NCBI GenBank assembly: GCA_964016885.1
Contig: OZ024744.1
Location: 70,184,001-70,248,000 of the forward strand
Direction: 5' to 3'
From: Eledone cirrhosa
Taxonomy: Eukaryota
DNA length: 64,000 bases
Shown here: one piece after another, positions 13,528-25,874 of the stretch
Layout: each line of letters starts with the position of its first letter
Position numbering within the stretch: the stretch's first letter is position 1
Notes under the pieces: model-generated
Databases searched by the model: none
Told to the model about the DNA's origin: nothing
What the model saw: the letters and a program-made list of their open reading frames with translations, nothing else
Translations under genes and position numbers: made by a program

Positions 13528-15815
13528 TACCCATCTTCCGGCTTCTCTGGAGAATTGTAAAAGCACATATCGTTATATGCTTTTTCTATGAAAATTAGTA
13601 GTGGGTAGACTAATTTGCATAGAACGTGAGTCATTGTACGCACCGGTTCAGCGGAAACGATAAAAACAAATAACGAAACGAAATTAAATTTCGTTTCGCT
13701 TCTAACTCACTTTTGTATGACTGACGCTTAAACAATTAAGTTAAAGTGTACATCTACATATGTATACGGAAGTATTAGTATGCATATAAATACACACATG
13801 TATACATATGTACATGTACTCAGCTTTTCACTAGACACTTTACAGTGAGTGTCAGCTAGTCTGTATGTAACCACACAGGCGGACCGGGTTTTAGAGTCAT
13901 ACGAGTTTTCAAGGAAACACATTTCCTCTATTCTCCAGAGGGCCAGACAGGAATATTGGACTAGTTTCGATGTTATTACATCTCATCAGCAATATTTACC
14001 CATCTTCCGGCTTCTCTGGAGAATTGTAAAAGCACATATCGTTATATGCTTTTTCTATGAAAATTAGTAGTGGGTAGACTAATTTGCATAGAACGTGAGT
14101 CATTGTACGCACCGGTTCAGCGGAAACGATAAAAACAAATAACGAAACGAAATTAAATTTCGTTTCGCTTCTAACTCACTTTTGTATGACTGACGCTTAA
14201 ACAATTAAGTTAAAGTGTACATCTACATATGTATACGGAAGTATTAGTATGCATATAAATACACACATGTATACATATGTACATGTACTCAGCTTTTCAC
14301 TAGACACTTTACAGTGAGTGTCAGCTAGTCTGTATGTAACCACACAGGCGGACCGGGTTTTAGAGTCATACGAGTTTTCAAGGAAACACATTTCCTCTAT
14401 TCTCCAGAGGGCCAGACAGGAATATTGGACTAGTTTCGATGTTATTACATCTCATCAGCAATATTTACCCATCTTCCGGCTTCTCTGGAGAATTGTAAAA
14501 GCACATATCGTTATATGCTTTTTCTATGAAAATTAGTAGTGGGTAGACTAATTTGCATAGAACGTGAGTCATTGTACGCACCGGTTCAGCGGAAACGATA
14601 AAAACAAATAACGAAACGAAATTAAATTTCGTTTCGCTTCTAACTCACTTTTGTATGACTGACGCTTAAACAATTAAGTTAAAGTGTACATCTACATATG
14701 TATACGGAAGTATTAGTATGCATATAAATACACACATGTATACATATGTACATGTACTCAGCTTTTCACTAGACACTTTACAGTGAGTGTCAGCTAGTCT
14801 GTATGTAACCACACAGGCGGACCGGGTTTTAGAGTCATACGAGTTTTCAAGGAAACACATTTCCTCTATTCTCCAGAGGGCCAGACAGGAATATTGGACT
14901 AGTTTCGATGTTATTACATCTCATCGGCAATATTTACCCATCTTCCGGCTTCTCTGGAGAATTGTAAAAGCACATATCGTTATATGCTTTTTCTATGAAA
15001 ATTAGTAGTGGGTAGACTAATTTGCATAGAACGTGAGTCATTGTACGCACCGGTTCAGCGGAAACGATAAAAACAAATAACGAAACGAAATTAAATTTCG
15101 TTTCGCTTCTAACTCACTTTTGTATGACTGACGCTTAAACAATTAAGTTAAAGTGTACATCTACATATGTATACGGAAGTATTAGTATGCATATAAATAC
15201 ACACATGTATACATATGTACATGTACTCAGCTTTTCACTAGACACTTTACAGTGAGTGTCAGCTAGTCTGTATGTAACCACACAGGCGGACCGGGTTTTA
15301 GAGTCATACGAGTTTTCAAGGAAACACATTTCCTCTATTCTCCAGAGGGCCAGACAGGAATATTGGACTAGTTTCGATGTTATTACATCTCATCAGCAAT
15401 ATTTACCCATCTTCCGGCTTCTCTGGAGAATTGTAAAAGCACAAATCGTTATATGCTTTTTCTATGAAAATTAGTAGTGGGTAGACTAATTTGCATAGAA
15501 CGTGAGTCATTGTACGCACCGGTTCAGCGGAAACGATAAAAACATGTGTGTATTTATATGCATACTAATACTTCCGTATACATATGTAGATGTACACTTT
15601 AACTTAATTGTTTAAGCGTCAGTCATACAAAAGTGAGTTAGAAGCGAAACGAAATTTAATTTCGTTTCGTTATTTGTTTTTATCGTTTCCGCTGAACCGG
15701 TGCGTACAATGACTCACGTTCTATGCAAATTAGTCTACCCACTACTAATTTTCATAGAAAAAGCATATAACGATATGTGCTTTTACAATTCTCCAGAGAA
15801 GCCGGAAGATGGGTA

Positions 15816-15860
15816 AATATTGCTGATGAGATGTAATAACATCGAAACTAGTCCAATATT
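15816..15860 (+). ncRNA. Type I HHR in the inverted units (also 16285-16329)
   Basis: Stem I 15816-22/15854-60, CTGATGA 15823-29, 5-bp stem II, GAAA 15844-47, palindromic CTAG, GUC cleavage triplet. Confidence 0.9.
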
Positions 15861-16629
15861 CCTGTCTGGCCCTCTGGAGAATAGAGGAAATGTGTTTCCT
15901 TGAAAACTCGTATGACTCTAAAACCCGGTCCGCCTGTGTGGTTACATACAGACTAGCTGACACTCACTGTAAAGTGTCTAGTGAAAAGCTGAGTACATGT
16001 ACATATGTATACATGTGTGTATTTATATGCATACTAATACTTCCGTATACATATGTAGATGTACACTTTAACTTAATTGTTTAAGCGTCAGTCATACAAA
16101 AGTGAGTTAGAAGCGAAACGAAATTTAATTTCGTTTCGTTATTTGTTTTTATCGTTTCCGCTGAACCGGTGCGTACAATGACTCACGTTCTATGCAAATT
16201 AGTCTACCCACTACTAATTTTCATAGAAAAAGCATATAACGATATGTGCTTTTACAATTCTCCAGAGAAGCCGGAAGATGGGTAAATATTGCTGATGAGA
16301 TGTAATAACATCGAAACTAGTCCAATATTCCTGTCTGGCCCTCTGGAGAATAGAGGAAATGTGTTTCCTTGAAAACTCGTATGACTCTAAAACCCGGTCC
16401 GCCTGTGTGGTTACATACAGACTAGCTGACACTCACTGTAAAGTGTCTAGTGAAAAGCTGAGTACATGTACATATGTATACATGTGTGTATTTATATGCA
16501 TACTAATACTTCCGTATACATATGTAGATGTACACTTTAACTTAATTGTTTATATATATATACATATATATATATATACATATATATATATACATACATA
16601 TACATATATATATATACATATATATATAC

Positions 16630-16660
<31 letters not shown>

Positions 16661-16661
16661 C

Positions 16662-16760
<99 letters not shown>

Positions 16761-16768
16761 AATATATA

Positions 16769-16928
16769 TTAGAAAGCGAGGTTTTTTTTTACAAAATGAA
16801 AAATAACCGAGGTGTCCTACACGAGTGAAAGTATAAAGAAAAAGAGATGAAATCGAAAATGCAACAAAAAAATAAATAAATAAAATAAGACTCCAGTTGC
16901 ATTTTCGATTTCATCTCTTTTTCTTTAT
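16769..16928. mobile_element. Foldback mini-element, family B, second copy
   Basis: Direct repeat of 12181-12349 with several substitutions. Confidence 0.75.
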
Positions 16929-17020
16929 AAATATATATATATACATATATACATATATATACATATATATATATATATACATATACACGTATATATATAT
17001 ATACATATATATATACATAC

Positions 17021-17067
<47 letters not shown>

Positions 17068-17332
17068 TATATACATATATATATACATATATATCTACAT
17101 ATATATATAAACATATATATATATACATATATATATACATATACATATATACATATATATACATACATATATACATACATATATTTATACATAGACATAT
17201 ATATATACATAGACATATATATATACACATATACATATATACACATATATATATTCATATATACACATATATACATACATAGACATATATATATTTTTAT
17301 ACATATATATATATACAGATATATATATACAC

Positions 17333-17368
<36 letters not shown>

Positions 17369-17476
17369 TCATATATATTTATATATATACATATATATAT
17401 ATATAGATATATACACATATATGCATATATATATATATACATATAAATATACATATATATATATACATATATATAC

Positions 17477-17508
<32 letters not shown>

Positions 17509-17574
17509 GCATATATATATATACATATACATATATATATATACATATATATATATAAATATATATATATATAC

Positions 17575-17647
<73 letters not shown>

Positions 17648-17648
17648 C

Positions 17649-17708
<60 letters not shown>

Positions 17709-17939
17709 ATCATAATAATAATAAATTTGAAGACTAAAATCCAAAGAGGGTTCTGTCTTTGCGCGTAATTGTTTTTCACCGCTCCTATTAATGACGTATT
17801 ATATTCGTTATTTCCCGTTCTTTGCCAGCGAACGTTTCCACGAACCAAAGTATCGTCTTCCTGTCTTCCTCTAGTTGTAACGTTTTTTGAAATATCCACT
17901 TCTGCGTTTAGAGATTGACTTTGTTAGTTTCAGAAGATC

Positions 17940-18152
17940 CCATTAAGGGCGAATATAGAATATGACCTGACCGGGAGTGTGCTCAAAAGGGCCACCCCTT
18001 CTCAAAATAGTAGAAATGAATGTAGATTATGTTCCCAAGAACTTTTTGAAATAATGAAATCTAAGGATATCCTATTAAATAAGCGACAGGAATTAATAAT
18101 ATCGTGTAATCATAAACTGAGAAAAACCTTTAAATATTATAAACCTAATTAA
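17940..18152 (+). pseudogene. C-terminal fragment of a Penelope-like GIY-YIG-associated ORF
   Basis: Manual translation ...ECRLCSQELFEIMKSKDILLNKRQELIISCNHK... matches the CxLCxxE...LLNKRxE...CxH C-terminus of some PLE clades. Confidence 0.65.
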
Positions 18153-18360
18153 TATACACTTTAGAAATTAATTTATAAATTATTTTTAATTTAGTTAACC
18201 TATAATTAATATTCTACTACTGATGAACTACATAATTCTGCTTTAAAAATTATAAACCTAATTAATATACACTTTTGAAATTAATATATAAACTATTTTT
18301 AATTTAGTTAACCTATAATTAATATTCTACTACTGATGAACTACATAATTTTGCTTTCCT
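18130..18360 (+). repeat. ~113-bp tandem duplication (other local duplications at ~19050/19295 and 20253/20333)
   Basis: ttataaacctaattaatatacact...ctactactgatgaactacataatt occurs twice. Confidence 0.8.
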
Positions 18361-21215
18361 TCTTACAAATATCATTTCCTAAAACTGATACCATTAAGTA
18401 AACATATATAATGCTTTAACTTCAGGTTATGACTCTATGTTCCTTGAAAACTATATATATTTACTATTTCTCACTAATAAATTTAACCCCCCCCCCCCAA
18501 TAATTATATGTATATATAAGTGTATATGTATGTGTATGTATGTATATATGCATGTATATATCTATGTATATATATATATATATGTGTGTATATATATGTA
18601 TATGTATATATATGTGTGTATGTGTATATATATAAGTGTATGTATATATATATATATATGTGTGTGTATGTGTATATATATATATATATATATGTATGAG
18701 TACATATATATATATATATATTATTTTTATATTCTTTTAATTTCCCCTCATCTTTAACAGCACTTTTCAACTGCATCTAACTCTAATTTATCATATCTAT
18801 ATGTATTAGTATAATTTTATCAATATAAATATATATACCCATCAATTAAATTAATTTATATTCTTTTCATAGATGTATTTTTTTCACTAACATTCTTATC
18901 TTAAAACTTTAGTCACCTTAGATATTTGTATTGGCATTACTATTTTAGAACAGCAACTGCTTGTATACCTTTTACTGACCACCTGACCTATTTTCACCCC
19001 TAAAATAAGCTTCAATTACTACTATTTTACCATTTGGCCAATTATTAACTTTCTATTGGTTAATTCTAAACCTCTTACCAAACAGACAGAATATATTAGA
19101 TCTTTGTTGGTTTTATTCAATGAAAAAATGAAAAAATAAAATTATTTCTGAGGTCAGCATAAGACCTATTTCTTCCCTAAAATAATCCTTCATTCATAAT
19201 ATTCTTTTCCATCCAAAACTGAATTCTACCTTCCTCTACCCATAATTTAAGGTTCTTCTACTACTATATTACTATCCTGACCCTCACTATCTCTCTATTG
19301 GTCAATTCAAAACCTGTTCCCAAACAGACCTATGGTATTGAATCTTTGTTTTTTTTTCAATAAACAAATATCATTATTTCTGAAGACACCATATATATGT
19401 GTAGGTATGTATATTCCCTCTGATAGTTTGTATAAATATTGTACATAGATCTATAGAATATGCATACCAACTCTAACACATATATATCCTAGAAACGATC
19501 GTAAAATGATGAATTTTTTTAATATAAGGAACTGCTTCTTTGTTTATTCATTATTTTATTAATTTATCTTGACTCTGTTTTCCGTTTATTTTTCACCGAA
19601 AGTAGTTTTTGAATGCATCTTCTCTTTTCATGATATCCGGATTACATTGAGTTCTTCATACGGATTGGACACTACCGTAAACTTTTGGTAGATTTATCTA
19701 CATATATATATACATATACATATACATATATACATATATACACATATATATATATACACATATATATATATACATATATATACACATATATATATATACA
19801 CATATATATATACACACATATATATATATACACATATATATATACACATATATATATATATACACATATATACATATATATATACATATATATATATACA
19901 GATATATATACATACATATATATATACATATATATACCTACATATATATATATACACATATATATATACATATATAGCTCTTGAAGCTATTTTTTATATA
20001 TCTTCTGTCTTTTTATATATCTTTTGTATGCGCTACAACTGTGTCTGCTTGCTTTAACCCGCCTGCACCTCGCTTGCTAATGCACGTGAATTCTTCTACC
20101 TCCTTCGATGCACCTCTCTCTGACCATTGGACTCCTGCCCGGGTGTGAACCGGTTTGTGATTACCCCACCGCTCAGCTGTGTGAATGCACACCCATGACT
20201 TTCGAGTGAACTTTTGAGACTGCCCAACCTGGGACGCCTCCATTGCCTTGCAATGGTCAAGTGATACTGGTGACTGTGACACTTAGTGCCTTCGTGGGCC
20301 CCTGATGTTTTCAAGAAATATATTTTTAAAAAATGGTCAAGTGATACACATAACTGTGACACTTAGTGCCTTCGTGGGCCCCTGATATATTCAAGAGATA
20401 TATTCTGAAAAAAAAAAAAATATATATATCTTATCTCAATTTACTTTATTTCATTTTATTTTATTTTATTTCATTTCATGTTATCTAATTTTATTTATTT
20501 ACTTACTTGACTCCATTTATTTATTTATTTATTTAAATTTAAATTTAAATTTTAAATTTAAAATTTAAATTTTAATTTTATTTATTTATTTAATTTTTAT
20601 TTATTTATTTATTTAATTACATTTAATTACATTTAATTATACATTTAATTATATCTTATATTATATTATTTTAATTTAGTCTATGTTATTTGATTTTAGT
20701 TTACCTTATTTTATCTTATTGTACGATTATATTATATTATGTTCTATGTATATCATTTTTAATTTTAATTTTATATTATTTTATCTCATTCCTTACCCTG
20801 TATCACTATTATCTGTATATTTTATATTTTATATGTAAGTTTGTTATGTATTTCTTTGTATTTCTTTATATTTTCTTATTTTTATATATATTATAAGTCT
20901 GTTTTTTCACCTATTTTTTACCTATTTTTTACCTACTCTTACCTAATCCCATCTATCTTATCTACTCTTGTCTGTTCTCTTATCCATGTGTCTACTCTTG
21001 TCTGTTCTCTTATCCATGTGTATGCTTGTATGTAACTATATGTTGACAGCACCCCGCCCAACTGTGACTGATAGCACCCCTTATTTTTCATTGCTTAGTA
21101 TTCTTATCTTTATTTTTACTTTTACTTCCTTAATATCCTTTATCGTCTATTATTACCTTTCATTCTTCAATGTCTTGGATTTGTTATTGCTTGTATGGTA
21201 TGTAATTAACCTTTA

Positions 21216-21261
21216 TGCTCTGATGAGTCCCACTTATAGTGCGGATGAAACAATGTTAGCA
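21216..21261 (+). ncRNA. Type I HHR motif at the end of a probable PLE 3' region
   Basis: tgct/agca stem I, CTGATGA (21220-26), stem II gtcc-cac/gtg-ggat, GAAA (21247-50), caatg, TT site. Confidence 0.7.
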
Positions 21262-21808
21262 AGTAAGGATATGCATATGCTATAAGCGTTCTTTGTTATT
21301 TATTATATATACATATATATACATATATATATACATATATATATATACATACATATATATACATATATACACATATATATATATATATACATACATATAT
21401 ACATATACACATATATATACACATATATATACATATATATATATACACATATATATATACATATACATACATATATACAAACATATATATATATATATAT
21501 ACATATATATACACAATATATATATACATATACACATATAAATATATACATATATATATATATACACATATATACATATATATACATATACACACATATA
21601 TATATATACATATACACACATATATATATACATATATATACACATATATATATACATGTATATATATATACACATACATATATATATACATACATATATA
21701 TACATATATATATACACCATATATATATACATACATATATATATACATATATATACATACATATATATATATACATACCTATATATATACATACATATAT
21801 ATATATAC

Positions 21809-21844
<36 letters not shown>

Positions 21845-21850
21845 ATATAA

Positions 21851-21909
<59 letters not shown>

Positions 21910-22637
21910 CATATATATATATACATATATATATACATATATATATATAAGAATTAAAATACTAGAGTGTGTTGGAGTTAAACACCCTCTTCATATTATA
22001 GAAATGAATATTTCATTCTATTCTGGATATTTTTATTGAGATATCTTAAACTTTAGAGATTTTGATTACTTAAACCATAGCTAATTTTGTATTGATTTAT
22101 TATGTATTTTAAATACTTTCAATATTAATTAATTTAATAAGGTTTTCTAGTCATTTATCCGGGTTTAATTCCTAATTTTTTTACTTAACTGCTTGTGACA
22201 CCTAAGTAAATATATTTGTTTTTGTTTTTCGATTTCCGGTTGATTTTATTTATACTTTTTCACTACCGTGCGTAGTTTCTGTGTGGTTCTTGTTCACATA
22301 TGTCTGTCTACCAACCATGTAATTATGTATACTATACTATGTTTGTTATTTGATATTGAAGTTGTTATATCATATCACTTTATGTAATCGTACTATAGAT
22401 CTTAAATATTTACCGATTATTCGATGTACCCTTATGTTAAATTTTGTAAATTCTATATGTTTATATTTTTATAATGTTTAGATAATATTTATTTATACCA
22501 ATTGTATAAAAACTCGACCTCCGTCTGTTTTCTTACAACGGTATAGATATTTTTCCAGCACAATTCGTTCTGTATGATATTTTTTTCTCCCCCTGTGTGT
22601 AACTTTATATGATTTGTTGTTATATGCCAATATATTA

Positions 22638-22825
22638 TAATTGTTTCTACTTTTGGCACAAGGCCAGCTGATACTCAGTACATTACTGGTACTTTATTTT
22701 ATCGACCCCGTAAGGATGCAAGGCAAAGTTAACCTCGGCGGGATTTGAACTCAGGTCATAAAGAGACGTAACTCTATGCTTCAAAGCATGGTGTCCGACT
22801 CTCTACCGATACTACCAATCCACCA
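22638..22825 (-). mobile_element. tRNA-derived SINE with a Meta-like central domain (also 48772-48958, 49058-49218, ~50735-50890, 51095-51197, 60118-60290)
   Basis: Minus strand shows B-box GTTCAAATCC followed by CTTTGCCTT..ATCCTTACGGGGTCGATAAAATAAAGTACCAG; six copies. Confidence 0.75.
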
Positions 22826-23342
22826 TAATATTGTTTTTATAGTGTTATTGTAATATTTATATTGTTTATGCTAATTGACCGGAGATTATAAATTATAAAT
22901 TATATAATTATATAGTATATTATATATTATATGTTTATTTTTATTCATTTCTTTATCATTTTATACTGTAAATAATATATGTATTATATTTAAACTCTTA
23001 ATAAGTGTTAGTTTTGTGTTTGTATTGATATATATATATATGTGTACATATGTATATATATATATATATATATATGTATATTGGGCCTTTTAATATTATT
23101 ATTATTATCATTATCAATTATATTATATTATATTATATTATATATCGTACTGTAATTCTCGCTTTATATCACCACTTGTGTTTAGTTTTAGTTTTTGCAT
23201 TGTACTATATTTGTAATATGGTTCAAAATGTTATTCACTTCCGTAGCAATTTTTACTTGATAATTTTCCTATGCTTTAATGTATGTATACTCCATATTCT
23301 TCTGAGTTTTGGGCTTGTATTGGCCGATAGTGTTTCTTATAG

Positions 23343-23396
23343 CTTTACTTGCTCTGATGAGTCCTTAATAGGACGAAACATTGTTGGCTAATAAAG
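23343..23396 (+). ncRNA. Type I HHR motif
   Basis: gct/ggc plus cttta/taaag stem I, CTGATGA (23354-60), gtcct(taat)aggac, GAAA (23375-78), cattg, TT site. A truncated duplicate starts at 30044. Confidence 0.78.
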
Positions 23397-23490
23397 ACTT
23401 TTGATGTATTGAAGGCTTCTTTCGTTTATTTTCATAATACATATATATATATACATACATATATACTTATATATATATATATACATATAC

Positions 23491-23667
23491 GTACGTTATT
23501 CCGGGTTGAATCGGAGGTAACCACAGTAAGTAAGGTACTCAATACATTGCAGAGTATAAAAGTTTTAATATAGATGAGATTCTACAGGACTAGAAATGTT
23601 TCATTCTGATGATTTCTAAAGAATGAAACAGTTCTAGTCCTGTAGAATCTCATCTATATTAAAACTA
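23491..23667. mobile_element. Foldback mini-element, family C (also 30501-30677, 51843-52022; single arm 48205-48272)
   Basis: ~45-bp arms gttttaatatagatgagattctacaggactagaa..tttcattct and reverse complement, pivoting on CTGATGA...GAAA. Confidence 0.75.
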
Positions 23668-23800
23668 TATATACATATATATACACATATATATATATAC
23701 ATATATATACACATACATATATATACACATACATATATATACACATACATATATATACATATACATATATATACACATACATACACATACATATATATAC

Positions 23801-23831
<31 letters not shown>

Positions 23832-23836
23832 CATAC

Positions 23837-25874
23837 ATGTTCTACAACGCAAGCACCAAAAACGTGAGGTGTTCAGGATTGCTAGGCAATGTGTCAAGGA
23901 AAACAGTGATATTGTCGGGGAGAAGTGTGTACTTAATGATGACGGCGTACTTGCCATCACCAACGCTGATAAGAAGGTAACTTGGAAGTGTCACTATGAA
24001 AGGCTACTAAATGAGGAGAATAAATGGGAGAAAGACAGTCTCCCCCACATCGACCCAATAGAGGGACCAGCAGTGTTAGTCGAGGGTAGTATAATAAGTA
24101 AGGCAATCAAAGATATGAAGACGGGTAAGGCGGCTGGGCCTTCGGAAATAGTTGCCGAGATGCTGAAGGCATCTGGTACGGTGGGACACACCATGGTCAC
24201 CCGGATAGTCAACCAAGTCATACAGAATGGGGTTGTTCCGAAGGACTGGCGTAGCAGCATCATCGTTAACTGTTATAAGGGTAAAGGAGATGCCCTAGAT
24301 AGGAGTAACTATAGAGGCATTAAATTAATCGACCAGGTCATAAAGGTCACGGAAAAAGTAATAGCGCAACTAATCAGAGAGCGAATTGATCTAGATGAAA
24401 TGCAGTTCGGGTTTGTGTCAGGAAAAAGTACCAGAGACGCTCTTTTCATTGTACGACAACTACAGGAGAAGGACCTAGCTAAAAGTAAACCCCTATACTT
24501 AGCTTTCGTCGACTTGGAGAAAGCCTTCGACAGAGTCCCCCGTTCCATTATCTGGTGGGCTCTTAGAAAACTAGGTGTTCATGAATGGTTTGTGAGAGCT
24601 ATACAAGCCATGTATAAAGAAACAGTCAGCAAGGTTAGAATTAACAACGAATATAGTGAAGAGTTTAGTGTAAAAGTTGGTGTTCATCAGGGCTCTGTTC
24701 TTAGCCCCCTACTATTTATTATTGCCCTCCAGGCTATAACAGTGGAGTTCAAGACCGGCTGCCCATGGGAACTCCTATACGCAGATGATCTAACGCTCAT
24801 AGCTGAATCAATGGCCGAGCTAGAGAAGAAATTCCAAACATGGAAGCACGGCCTAGAATCAAAAGGCCTTAACATTAACCTGGCTAAGACTAAAGTTCTA
24901 GTTTGTAAGAAAGAAAATAAGGCGGCGGTCCCCTCCGGGAAGTGGCCATGCTCAGTGTGTAGGAAAGGCGTAGGTAGAAACTCCATTTTGTGTCCCAAAT
25001 GCAAAGTATGGGTGCATAAAAGATGTAGTGGGATCACAGGTAAGCTAACTAAGAACATAGATTTTACATGTGGCCGGTGTTCTGGGGCAATAAGTAGCAG
25101 CAAGTGCCCACAAAATACTAGCTCTTTCAACTGCGCAGAGGGTTCTATAGAAATAGTGGACAGCTTCCGTTACCTGGGTGACAAAATCAGCAGTGGGGGA
25201 GGGTGCTCTGAAAGTACAGTAGCTAGAGTCAGAACTGGGTGGAAAAAGTTCAGAGAGCTTATACCGCTATTAGCCGCTAAAGGGTTCTCCCTAAAAATGA
25301 AAGGCAGGTTGTACGATGCCTGCATACGAACAGCAATGTTGCATGGCAGTGAGACCTGGGCATTGTGTGCAGAGGATATACGCAGACTAGAGAGAAACGA
25401 AGCTTGCATGCTCCGCTGGATGTGTAATAGTAATATACGTGAACGGCAAAGCATAAACGAACTAAGGAAAAAATTAGAAATAAGAGGGATCGAGAGAAGG
25501 CTACGTTGGTATGGCCACGTGATGCGCATGAAGGACAATAGCTGTATAAAAGTGCAGGGCAATAAAGATAGACGGTAGCCACGGAATAGGCAGACCCAGA
25601 AAAACCTGGGACGAGCTGATAAATTCCGACCTCACACACTTACACCTCACCAAGACAATGTCACTGGACCGGGACCTTTGGCGGTACTCAGTAATAGAGA
25701 AGACCTGCCTTACCTAAATACAAAGTAAAACCTACTACAGTCAGTAGGCATCTCTAACAAAATACACCCCCCGTCCCACCACCCCCACCCCATCCACACC
25801 GCCCCTTTCAATGTAAAGTTATGTTGGTGCCACAACATCCAGGCCGAAACAAATGAGATCGTGTAGGTGTCACG
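23837..25874 (+). mobile_element. 5'-truncated RTE-clade LINE (RT ORF 23869-25578 with a late frameshift, partial 3'UTR)
   Basis: [31 protein letters not shown], a Cys-rich PHD-like insert, [16 protein letters not shown]. Confidence 0.92.

Larger units (their letters stand above)
13191..16552. repeat. 469-bp tandem array with one HHR per unit (retrozyme-like): five direct units, then ~2.2 inverted units
   Basis: Units start at 13191, 13660, 14129, 14598 and 15067; inversion at ~15542. I saw only two substitutions among units (14926, 15444). (TA)n flanks both ends. Confidence 0.95.

Noticed and set aside
13259-16432. Repeated 64-aa and 72-aa ORFs in the array; CRISPR-like periodicity
   Set aside because: No recognisable motifs, and whole units are identical with no variable spacers, so this is not CRISPR.
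18220-18345. Two CTGATGA motifs
   Set aside because: No stem II-GAAA-UH arrangement follows them.
23607-23640. CTGATGA...GAAA in family C as an active HHR
   Set aside because: T-T mismatch at the base of stem II and no stem I; kept only as a possible relic.
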